Shown one piece after another: positions 36,203-44,681 of a stretch of DNA of 64,000 bases (positions are counted from its first letter, which is position 1; the number at the start of each line of letters is the position of its first letter). The stretch lies in NCBI GenBank assembly GCA_001885315.1, contig MLPZ01000002.1, positions 75,365-139,364 on the forward strand, read 5' to 3'. The translations under genes were made by a program, and so were the position numbers. The DNA is from Treponema sp. CETP13. GTDB lineage: Bacteria > Spirochaetota > Spirochaetia > Treponematales > Treponemataceae. The notes beneath the pieces were generated by a model, which was not told where the DNA came from, ran no database searches, and saw only the letters and a list, made by a program, of their open reading frames with translations.

Positions 36203-37647
36203 TTTTTGCTTCCTGGGAATATATTATTGTAACTTAATAAGCGAATTGTATTCCTTCTCCATCTACCTATATGAGTTATTCTACCTTCTCCAGATAAATT
36301 GTTAAAAACAGAACCTTCTCTGTATATATTTAATGTTTTAGTATTTTCTATGCTTTTTTTAACAAGAAGACTTTTAATCTTTTTGTTATCAGAATTAAAA
36401 ACTTGTCCCGAATGACCAGTTTGAAAATAATCAACTAAAATCTTAGTGTAAAAAATAATAATAAAAATAGGAGCTTCGTATTTGCTAGTACTTTTATTAT
36501 TGATGCAATGTTTTAAAAATATGGTTTTATATTCTTCTGTTAAATCTTCAAAAATAATATTTTTTTGAATGCTATTAACAACAAATTTAATATCACTCAT
36601 TTGCTTAGAGTTTCCATATTTTCTCCAAAATTCAGCACGTTCTTTTCCTCTTTTATCACCAGCCACTTGAGTTAAGGAATCGTAAAATTGCGTAATAATA
36701 AATCTATTAAAAATACTTTGATAGTATTTATGGGCAGAATTCATCATTTCGTTATATTTGATTGTTTTATATTTAGAATCAGCTAAGTTCCAAAAGGTTT
36801 TTTCTGTTTTATCTTTGTTTGGAGTTGGGAAAATTTCTTTATCAATCGTGCGTATAAAATCATCATTTTTTAAACTGAAATTATTTGCATAAGATTTAAT
36901 AATAACATGTGCAAAAAATATAATTTTTTCATCATTTGTACTATTATCTATTAATTTCTTATTTGCTTTTAAAAATTCAAGGGTAAAATTATTTAAGCTT
37001 AAAAACCATGATAAAAAAAATGAGTTAAAATAGCGAGTATAAATATATGTTGATGAAATTCCAATTTTTTGTAAAACTGCATATAAGGTTTCAGCTTTTA
37101 CCGAATTAATTTTACCTTCTGTGTATTTTCGGTTTGTATAAAGTTGCAGATCTGAAATATAAAAAGGATCTTTCTTTTTTAATGTACTAAAAACTTTAAA
37201 AACTAGCTGTTGTATAAATTTTTTCGGATCTTCATAGCTTAAATAGTATCGCATAATTGGAACAGCAATAGTGCTGTAGTCGTGTTTATTAATTGAATCA
37301 AAAAATACGAGTAGTTTTTTTTCGTTCTTTTCTGAATCAAAAGGGGAATTATTAATTTTGATTCGGTGAATATTTGCTATTATTTTTATTAAATTTTGTT
37401 TAGTGAATATGTTTATATTTGATTTAGGGTTTTCGAAGAAAGTTTTAAGTAATTTTTGTAAGTCAAATATTTTTTTTTCTGAAATATTTTCAATAATGTC
37501 ATATTTATTATTAAAAGAATCTAAATATTTTATAAACTCTTTCCAGCTTTTTTCGAGTGGTTCATCTGGCCATATATCATTTAAGGTATTAGTTGTTGTA
37601 CGATTTAATGACATTAAAGCAGAATAAGATTGTATATCAGTATTCAT
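36199..37647 (-). CDS. zorC: Zorya type I ZorC-like protein (EH-signature-like C-terminus)
   Basis: Lies between the MotB-like and SNF2 genes. The C-terminal ..RAEFWRKYG..., ..VDYFQTGHSGQVF.. and ..RITHIGRWRRNTIRLL.. are compatible with the EH-signature domain. Assigned mainly by context. Confidence 0.55.
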   Translation of the reverse strand: MNTDIQSYSALMSLNRTTTNTLNDIWPDEPLEKSWKEFIKYLDSFNNKYDIIENISEKKIFDLQKLLKTFFENPKSNINIFTKQNLIKIIANIHRIKINNSPFDSEKNEKKLLVFFDSINKHDYSTIAVPIMRYYLSYEDPKKFIQQLVFKVFSTLKKKDPFYISDLQLYTNRKYTEGKINSVKAETLYAVLQKIGISSTYIYTRYFNSFFLSWFLSLNNFTLEFLKANKKLIDNSTNDEKIIFFAHVIIKSYANNFSLKNDDFIRTIDKEIFPTPNKDKTEKTFWNLADSKYKTIKYNEMMNSAHKYYQSIFNRFIITQFYDSLTQVAGDKRGKERAEFWRKYGNSKQMSDIKFVVNSIQKNIIFEDLTEEYKTIFLKHCINNKSTSKYEAPIFIIIFYTKILVDYFQTGHSGQVFNSDNKKIKSLLVKKSIENTKTLNIYREGSVFNNLSGEGRITHIGRWRRNTIRLLSYNNIFPGSKK

Positions 37648-37653
37648 AAAATC

Positions 37654-38355
37654 CTAAAAATCCTTTGTAGCGAGGTCTTCAACAACTTTTTCGGCCTTTG
37701 TTTTGATTTTAAACTCTACACGCCTAGAAGCTTTTGAGTTAATTTTATTATCAATAATTACAGGCCTTGAATTTGAATACCCAATTGCAGCAATATTTTT
37801 TTGGACCCATTCACGATTTTCAGAAAGTGCATTTAGGGAATATAACATTACATTTGTTGTTCGTTCTTGTGAAAGTACCATACCGGTTGTATAATCTTGG
37901 TTTTTACTCATCCGTTCGTTTGTTGCTGTATGTCCTTCAATCCTAATTTCTTCTATCTCATTTTTGTAATCGTCTTGTTTTAAAACTGTAATAAGTCTTG
38001 GGAAAAAATTAGATAATATTGTTTTAAATGAGTTTTTTAGTATAGCTTTGTCTGGTTCAAAAAGTACCTCTGAATCAGTAAATCGAATGGTTAAATCTGG
38101 GGTGATTTCAGCATTCCATTTTTCTAAATCGTCTTTAAATTCTTCTGTCAATTCCTTATATAGATTATTTTGCATAGAATAATATTCTTCGGCTTTTTTA
38201 TTTTTAGATACATATTCTGACTTTGATAAATTTAACTGAACAATAACAACAATCATGATTAATGCAAAAATACCACATAGGGCTGCCATTAGATCACTTA
38301 TAGATAAATCAAAACTAGAATTCTCTTTTTCCGAAAAAGTTTTTCTAGTACGCAT
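37654..38355 (-). CDS. zorB: Zorya ZorB (MotB/OmpA-like stator subunit)
   Basis: Single TM with a conserved Asp (LSISDLMAALCGIFALIMIVV). C-terminal OmpA-like region (RIEGHT...LSQERT...GYSNSRP...SRRVEFKI). Confidence 0.8.
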   Translation of the reverse strand: MRTRKTFSEKENSSFDLSISDLMAALCGIFALIMIVVIVQLNLSKSEYVSKNKKAEEYYSMQNNLYKELTEEFKDDLEKWNAEITPDLTIRFTDSEVLFEPDKAILKNSFKTILSNFFPRLITVLKQDDYKNEIEEIRIEGHTATNERMSKNQDYTTGMVLSQERTTNVMLYSLNALSENREWVQKNIAAIGYSNSRPVIIDNKINSKASRRVEFKIKTKAEKVVEDLATKDF

Positions 38356-40922
38356 TATTTACTTTCCTTATTATTAATTATCTCATTAAGGGTTTTAACA
38401 GAATTATCAAATTTGCCAGAAATTTTTTCAATGTTGGAAAGGGTTGTAGATAAGGTTTCTATAGTATCACCAAAGTCTTGGGTTGAACTAGTAATGGTTG
38501 AGCTAAAAGCCTTTGATCCATCTTGAAAAGAAGCTAAATATTGAGAAAGGGTTGAATTTACCGTAGAATTATATGTTGCAATTTCCTTCCCGATTGATTC
38601 AAAAATATCTTTTAAATTAACATCTACATTTTTAAAGCCTTCAAGCATTGTGTTTGTTTCATTTATTACATTTGTTAAGTTTTTCCCGCTAGTATCTTCA
38701 TGTAATTTAGCACTTACAAGTAATTCTTTTACATTATTTTCAGCAATTGATAAATCATGCAATAAATCAGAAATACCACTTTCCATTTTATCAAGATAAT
38801 TTGTTATGCTATTTGAAATATCTGTCATTTTTTGTGCAGCCTGTTCAAATTTTTCTCCAACATTTTTTTCAGAAGTAGTGTAGGTTTCTAAAAGGTCTTT
38901 AAGTCTATCAGGTAAGCTGTTTAGCACTTCTGAAGCTTTAACACTATTTTCTAATGCAGAATTTAATGAATTATTAAAATTCATAAATTGTTTAGCAAGC
39001 TTTTCATCTATTGTAGTAACGATTTCATCTAAAGCTTTGCTGTTTGTTTTTAGATTAAGATCTAGCATTTCAGAAAAACCTGTCCTTGTTTCTTCTAAAT
39101 ATTGTGTAAGTTCACTATTTGCCATTTCTAATATATTGGGAGTGTCTGCTATTTTTTGTGCAACATCGCTTAATCTTTTGGTGGTTTCAATAAGAGCTTC
39201 TTTTAAGCCCCCTAGTTCTGTATGAACATTTTCTACAACTGCAGATTTTAGTTCTCCTCCGACGTCAGAAGCCATTTTCCCCATAGCATGATTTACAGTT
39301 TCATTCATATTAGCAATTTTATCAGCAAGATTATCGTTAAAGTTGTTTAAGGCATCTGTTTGATTATTCATATTTTCAATTATAAAACGCAAACTGTTAC
39401 TGAAAGTTACCGTTTCTTGGTTTTCATCTGTAAGCATTGTATATTCCATTAAGGCTTCGGTTTCAGAAACATAATAAGATTTATCTAGCGAATCTGTAAT
39501 TTCTACAAGCTCGGTATTAATATTATGCATTACTGGAATATAAATTAGAAAATTATAAATAAGAGAACAAAACACACCTACTATTGAAGTATTAAAAGCT
39601 GTTGTCAGTCCATTTTGGATTAATGCTTTAATACTTTCTGTCATCAGTGTTACATCAGTCGTTGTTAAATTTATATTATCAAATCCAATAGAAAACCCTA
39701 TAAATGTGCCTAAGATCCCAAATCCAATAAAAGAAGCAGAAAATAAGCGAAAATAATTAGCTACAGGTAATTTACACTGAGCATCTATTACTGAATTAAA
39801 ATCAAAATACAAGTCGGCAATGGCTCTGGTTTTATTATTTATTCCAAAACTTTTACTAAAAAAAGTTGCTTTATATGTTTTCCAAATAGAATGCGTTGCT
39901 AAATTTTCAGTTTCTGGCTCATTATCTGAGTCAAGATATTCTTTTTCTTTTGATATAGTGTTTTCAAATTTTTTATATTTGGTCTTAATTATAAATGGAG
40001 TCACACATGTACCTATAGTATATAAAAAAAATAGTACATAATATATATCGCTAATCAGGGATTTTGCATTACTGAAACAGGGTTTGTATAAAAAAAGCAA
40101 AAAAATGAGAAATACACTCGTTGCACCAATTACAGTTAAAAAATATTCTTTGAGTAGTTTTTTGTCTATAGTTTTTTTTGTTTCAGTAAATTCTGGCACG
40201 CCATTTTTCTGAAATTCTTTATTTGAAAGATCATGTGACAGAGTTTCATCATTTTCAAAACTTATTTCATTTAAAGTAAGTGGAGTGTCATATGTCTGTG
40301 CACTTTCAACAACCGTAGAATTTGTTTCGTCAGTACTATTTTCAGTAATTGCAGGAGAACCATTTTCCTCTTCAAAATTTATAGCATCTGTAACTTCAGA
40401 TTCATTTTGTTTGTTTTCTTGAGGGGTGTTATTAAACTCATATATTATTTCCACTTTGCCATATTTATCATCAAAAGCTTGAATAATAACTTTTATCTCT
40501 TTTACATCGCTTTTATATTCATCTTTTATATCTTTGTTCCATACATAATAAAGGTTGTCAGGTGTGGATTTGAGTTTTTCTACTAATTTTATATCATCAT
40601 AATTTAATATAATATCATCTACAGATTCTTCGGGTGTTATATTTCCATATTGTTTTATTAGTTTATTTTTAAAATACACAAACTTTTTAAGCAACTCTGA
40701 ATAAGGGAAATTTTCAGAAATTAAAATAATTTGAAATAATCCATATTGTGGGTCTATTTTTGTTTTACAAATACCGATGTTGTCTAGTGATGTTGTTCGC
40801 GGATGTGCTTGATATGTATTTTCAGTGGTACTTGATATTTTTTTAATCTCAGCTGAAGACATTGTATTTACTTCTTCTACTGACATTCCTTTTTTATATC
40901 CATATATTGAAACATTGCTCAT
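38355..40922 (-). CDS. zorA: Zorya ZorA (MotA/ExbB-like) with a long coiled-coil tail and a ~250-aa N-terminal extension
   Basis: Four hydrophobic helices, with the MotA/ExbB-like pair FSASFIGFGILGTFIGF / AFNTSIVGVFCSLIYNFLIY. About 390 aa of helical, low-complexity tail follow. A 1-nt overlap with zorB. Confidence 0.75.
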   Translation of the reverse strand: MSNVSIYGYKKGMSVEEVNTMSSAEIKKISSTTENTYQAHPRTTSLDNIGICKTKIDPQYGLFQIILISENFPYSELLKKFVYFKNKLIKQYGNITPEESVDDIILNYDDIKLVEKLKSTPDNLYYVWNKDIKDEYKSDVKEIKVIIQAFDDKYGKVEIIYEFNNTPQENKQNESEVTDAINFEEENGSPAITENSTDETNSTVVESAQTYDTPLTLNEISFENDETLSHDLSNKEFQKNGVPEFTETKKTIDKKLLKEYFLTVIGATSVFLIFLLFLYKPCFSNAKSLISDIYYVLFFLYTIGTCVTPFIIKTKYKKFENTISKEKEYLDSDNEPETENLATHSIWKTYKATFFSKSFGINNKTRAIADLYFDFNSVIDAQCKLPVANYFRLFSASFIGFGILGTFIGFSIGFDNINLTTTDVTLMTESIKALIQNGLTTAFNTSIVGVFCSLIYNFLIYIPVMHNINTELVEITDSLDKSYYVSETEALMEYTMLTDENQETVTFSNSLRFIIENMNNQTDALNNFNDNLADKIANMNETVNHAMGKMASDVGGELKSAVVENVHTELGGLKEALIETTKRLSDVAQKIADTPNILEMANSELTQYLEETRTGFSEMLDLNLKTNSKALDEIVTTIDEKLAKQFMNFNNSLNSALENSVKASEVLNSLPDRLKDLLETYTTSEKNVGEKFEQAAQKMTDISNSITNYLDKMESGISDLLHDLSIAENNVKELLVSAKLHEDTSGKNLTNVINETNTMLEGFKNVDVNLKDIFESIGKEIATYNSTVNSTLSQYLASFQDGSKAFSSTITSSTQDFGDTIETLSTTLSNIEKISGKFDNSVKTLNEIINNKESK

Positions 40923-41370
40923 TTTCGATTCCCTTTTTCTTATTTTATAATTTTATCATCGATGGTTATCTCTTTTCAAGTACAAAAAATTCGATTAACA
41001 TTATTAGATATTTATAAATACTATTTTTAGTATTCTTTATTTTAATTGCTAATACATTTTGTAAATACAACAGATAGTCTTTCTCGCAAAAATATCCAAT
41101 ATTAGGTAAGTACTTGGGAAGACTTTACAAGTAATGTTCAAATAAATAGCATATGAAAACTATTTAAAAAAGTATATGGAATTTCCAAATTATATGATGA
41201 ATTTATAAAGTTGGTTAACAATGAAAAAACCTTTTATGTGCTTTTGATGTATTACTAGATAGTTCAAACGTCCTTAATCATATTGATAAAGGTATGAGAA
41301 CTTGTGCCCAATTGTTTTTATTAGAATTTTAATTAACACAACTAATTTGATTTTTATCGATAGTCATGAT

Positions 41371-41416
41371 AGTATTAAATGCATACAGTTTTTTAAATTT
41401 GTATGCATTTAATACT
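41371..41416. promoter_or_regulatory. Perfect 17-bp inverted repeat abutting the abiEi start codon (candidate AbiEi operator)
   Basis: agtattaaatgcataca (41371-41387) and tgtatgcatttaatact (41400-41416), with a 12-nt spacer. ATG at 41417. Confidence 0.55.
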
Positions 41417-42022
41417 ATGAATAAACAAGAAATTGCGACAAAGATACTAACTCAAAAAAATGGAATAGCAAAAACAGCTGATTTTGCTGTTGCTCATCTA
41501 AGCAATAATGATATTTCTAGTCTTTGCAAATTAGGCGTTATAAAGCGGATTAAACGAGGCATCTATACCTTCCCAAATGAGAGTAATCTTTCGGAAGAAC
41601 AGCTGCTTGTGTCTGTTTTACCACAGGCAATAATTTGTGTTGAATCTGCTCTTTTTTATTACGGGTATAGTGATTTTACGCCACGAAGGTGGTCTATAGC
41701 CGTACCCAGAACTGCAATAAAACAAGTTAAAAATACTGAACTGTTTTTTCTAAAAGCATATTATATCCAAAAAGAGTTTATTAATCTTGGCAAGACTACA
41801 GGTGTTTTTAATGGAGTAGAACTTGCATTGTACAATCGGGAACGTACTATTTGTGATTGTTTTAAGTATAGAACAAAGCTTGATAATGAACTTTTTAATA
41901 AAGCCATGATTGCATATATTGCCGATGATAAAAAAGATCTTGCACAACTAGCTAAATATTCCAAAGAAATGAAGATTTATAATAAAGTGATGTCACTTAT
42001 GGAGGTTTTACTTAATGGCTGA
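41417..42022 (+). CDS. abiEi: AbiEi-family type IV toxin-antitoxin antitoxin / transcriptional regulator
   Basis: N-terminal wHTH-like ..GIAKTADFAVAHLSNNDISSLCKLGVIKRIKRGIYTF.. and ..ICVESALFYYGYSD.. are typical of AbiEi. It overlaps the downstream NTase toxin gene. Start moved to Met18 (41417). Confidence 0.7.
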   Translation: MNKQEIATKILTQKNGIAKTADFAVAHLSNNDISSLCKLGVIKRIKRGIYTFPNESNLSEEQLLVSVLPQAIICVESALFYYGYSDFTPRRWSIAVPRTAIKQVKNTELFFLKAYYIQKEFINLGKTTGVFNGVELALYNRERTICDCFKYRTKLDNELFNKAMIAYIADDKKDLAQLAKYSKEMKIYNKVMSLMEVLLNG

Positions 42023-42866
42023 TAAAGCTTCGTCAGTGCTTGCGCGTTTAAAAAATAAAGCGAAAGAAACAGGGAAAAACTATCAATTTTGTTTGCAACT
42101 ATTTTGTCAGGAAGAATTTCTTCGACGCTTAGAAAAATCAAAATATAACGAAAACTTTGTGCTAAAAGGTGGACTCTTTATTTATTCTATTACGAATTTT
42201 AATAGTAGGGTAACCGTAGATATCGATTTTATGCTTCGAAATATACAGAATACACCAGAGCGAATTAAAGATATTATTGAAGAAATAATTGAATGTGATG
42301 CTGGTAATGGATTTATTACTTTTGAAGTAAAAGGTACCGCTCCTATTGCTATAAATAAAAAATATACAGGTATAACGGCAAGTATTGTTGCTTATATAAA
42401 AAACACTCGTATGCCATTCAGTATTGATTTTGGTGTTGGTGATGTTATTGTTCCTACTTGGACTAAAAGAGAAATTCCAACGCAATTAAATGATTTTACA
42501 TCACCGCTAGTTAATACATATTCACTCGAAACAACAATAGCAGAAAAGCTTGATGCAATATTAAATCTTATGGAATTTTCAAGTCGTATGAAGGATTACT
42601 ATGATATTTATTATCTGTCTAACAGATTTGAATTTGATGAAAGTATACTTACTAAAGCCTTAAAAAAAACATTTGAAAATCGGAAACATGATTTTACTCT
42701 TGAGCAATTTGAACAACTTATGACTTTTGATACTGATGACGCCATGCAAAAAAAATGGAAAGCATTTGCTCGTAAAATTGACATTGAAACAGACAATTAC
42801 ACTACTGTGCTAAAAACAATAAATGATTTTTTAAGAATACCTTTTAAAAGTGCTATTAAAGATTAA
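42015..42866 (+). CDS. abiEii: AbiEii/AbiGii-family nucleotidyltransferase toxin
   Basis: ..FVLKGGLFIY....VTVDIDF.. NTase motif and ..TIAEKLDAIL... 283 aa. 8-nt overlap with abiEi. Confidence 0.75.
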   Translation: MADKASSVLARLKNKAKETGKNYQFCLQLFCQEEFLRRLEKSKYNENFVLKGGLFIYSITNFNSRVTVDIDFMLRNIQNTPERIKDIIEEIIECDAGNGFITFEVKGTAPIAINKKYTGITASIVAYIKNTRMPFSIDFGVGDVIVPTWTKREIPTQLNDFTSPLVNTYSLETTIAEKLDAILNLMEFSSRMKDYYDIYYLSNRFEFDESILTKALKKTFENRKHDFTLEQFEQLMTFDTDDAMQKKWKAFARKIDIETDNYTTVLKTINDFLRIPFKSAIKD

Positions 42867-42893
42867 TAATGACAACACATGGTTTCGATTACG

Positions 42894-43214
42894 ATTCAAT
42901 CTAAGCTACGTTAATCATAAATAGGAGCTTCAGTATCAATGCACTGTAACATTTGCTCAGCTACTTTCTTTCCTGACCGGATCATTCCGCCAAATACAGG
43001 ACCCATTCTATAAGCGCCAGCTACTCCATTGGCAGCCATTCCACTCACAAAAAGACGAGGATAAATTTCGCATGTATTTTCAACAGTGGCAAGTTCGGCC
43101 TTTCGACATTTTAAAGATTTCTCGCCCATAACCTTACCAGTCTCGGTATTAAGTGTTATTTCGTTTTTTCGGGTTAACACATTAACAATTTCAGATGGAT
43201 GACCGGTAGCATCT
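42894..43214 (-). pseudogene. Truncated second copy of the thi4 3' end (direct repeat copy 2)
   Basis: Encodes only ..DATGHPSEIVNVLTRKNEITLNTETGKVMGEKSL...APIYD. Homology to the intact thi4 stops abruptly at 43214. About 94% nucleotide identity to 22021-22341. Confidence 0.9.
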
Positions 43215-43217
43215 TTG

Positions 43218-43260
43218 GTGAAACCATCTTTTGAGTGAAACCATCTTTTGTGTAAAACAT
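43218..43260. repeat. 17-bp tandem repeat (gtgaaaccatcttttg[at]), about 2.5 copies, at the thi4-fragment junction
   Basis: Read directly at 43218-43234 and 43235-43251, followed by a degenerate partial copy. Confidence 0.8.
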
Positions 43261-43268
43261 AAACTTTT

Positions 43269-43460
43269 TCATACTACTTTATATTCTCCTCGCCCTAAAA
43301 ATTGAATAAACTCTTTGTCTCGTAAAAATTGTAATTGCTGTCGTATTTTTGCTTGTACGTTACTGTTGTCCGGATGTTTTTTACTAAGTTTTTCTTCAAA
43401 AAGCGTATAAAAATTTGCAACTGGTTTATTGCTTTTCCAAATATAAATATATTTTGTATT
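43269..43460 (-). pseudogene. Start-less remnant ORF ending ..NVQAKIRQQLQFLRDKEFIQFLGRGEYKVV* (winged-helix tail of the kind seen at restriction-enzyme C-termini)
   Basis: Translated by hand on the minus strand. There is no Met or alternative start in the 63 codons after the cdd stop. The family assignment comes from memory of similar ..IRQ.LQ.LRD.G.I.F.G.G.Y.. tails, so it is weak. Confidence 0.35.
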
Positions 43461-43461
43461 C

Positions 43462-43887
43462 CTACTTTTTATACCGTTCCATTCCCCACCATCCTGGAAA
43501 TATTTCTCCTAATGTAATTGTTTTTCTCTTCTTATAATCTGACATAATTTGCATATCTTTATTTTTTAAAGATAATTGCATTAAAAACTCACGGCATGCA
43601 CCACAAGGCATTCCGCTACCTTCTTCTCCGTTAGGTGGTTGGTCTCTAAAAGCTATCATTCTTTTTATTACCGTTTGGCCACTATTAACATACATGTTTA
43701 ATGCGGCAACTCTCTCGGCACATAAATTTAATACTCCGCTACAGCTTTCAAGGCAAAAACCTATAAAGATTTCGCCGTTTTCACTTTCTAAAGCGCATAC
43801 AACATGATGTGCTTCTACAAAAGGTGATACCTCTTCTGGATGATACTGTTCTTTTGCTTTGTTATATAATGTTTCCCATATATCCAT
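43462..43887 (-). CDS. cdd: Cytidine deaminase-family protein
   Basis: Zn-binding motifs CAERVA and PCGACREFL. 141 aa. Confidence 0.8.
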   Translation of the reverse strand: MDIWETLYNKAKEQYHPEEVSPFVEAHHVVCALESENGEIFIGFCLESCSGVLNLCAERVAALNMYVNSGQTVIKRMIAFRDQPPNGEEGSGMPCGACREFLMQLSLKNKDMQIMSDYKKRKTITLGEIFPGWWGMERYKK

Positions 43888-43900
43888 TTTTCACTCCTTA

Positions 43901-44677
43901 TTAATTTTTTTTTGAAGTAATTTTATCGAATCTACTATCCATACAAACACTTATATCTGTGGTTACAAATTTACCGTTGTAAAAAAGTGAAAAAATTGTT
44001 GCTGGGGTTGGTGAGGATTGAGCTTGTTCCATTGTCTTTAATTTAATAACCTTAATGTTTAGATTTCTGTTTTTTGCTGTTTCTGTAAGCGATTCCTTTA
44101 CGTGATATTCAGTATACGGACATCGGTTTGAATAATATACAACCCAGTCTTCTTTATCTTCACACTCTCCAACCTTTGCTTCATTGTTAAAAAATGGAAC
44201 TCTGACATTTTCATTAAAAGGTAAGTAGAGCAATGAAAATCCTGCAGGAGTGGTATCACATTCTTTAAATCCTTGTCTTAAGAGCCATTTTGTATCACTC
44301 ATAAAATGGAATTTTTTATTTCCTACAACAGTTACCAATCCATCTTTGCCTTGCGCTTTAGCATCTTGGATAGCTTCTTGTAGCAATGCTTTTCCGTGTC
44401 CTTTGCCCTTGTATTTACCAGAAACCCAAAAACAACCTAACATTAGATACTTTGGTGCCGTTACTGGCACCCATGCTTTTTCTGCAGGCCCATATTCAAT
44501 AAAAACTTTTGCTCGTTCATTAATTCGTCGAAAAATCCAACCATTTTCAAATTCTTTTTTTAGCCAGTCCTTTTTTAGTTGATAGCTAATAGCACATTTC
44601 TTATCTGATATAGCGCAACAGATATGTTCTTTATCGATGTTTGTCTTATTAATTGTAATGTATCCCATATTTGACAT
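43901..44677 (-). CDS. GNAT-family N-acetyltransferase with a YoaP-like C-terminal domain
   Basis: Acetyl-CoA-binding-like ..GKYKGKGHGKALLQEAI... The C-terminal ..YYSNRCPYTEYHV..ATIFSLFYNGKFVT.. resembles the YoaP domain. Confidence 0.5.
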   Translation of the reverse strand: MSNMGYITINKTNIDKEHICCAISDKKCAISYQLKKDWLKKEFENGWIFRRINERAKVFIEYGPAEKAWVPVTAPKYLMLGCFWVSGKYKGKGHGKALLQEAIQDAKAQGKDGLVTVVGNKKFHFMSDTKWLLRQGFKECDTTPAGFSLLYLPFNENVRVPFFNNEAKVGECEDKEDWVVYYSNRCPYTEYHVKESLTETAKNRNLNIKVIKLKTMEQAQSSPTPATIFSLFYNGKFVTTDISVCMDSRFDKITSKKN

Positions 44678-44681
44678 TCCT

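Noticed and set aside
42911-43180. 89-aa ORF as an independent gene
   Set aside because: It is the C-terminal third of a Thi4 protein with an artificial GTG start. It lacks the FAD-binding N-terminus and is treated as a pseudogene fragment.
17690-43461. Calling the island a prophage, ICE or transposon
   Set aside because: No integrase, recombinase, transposase, relaxase, capsid/terminase genes or terminal inverted repeats were recognised in any ORF of the interval.
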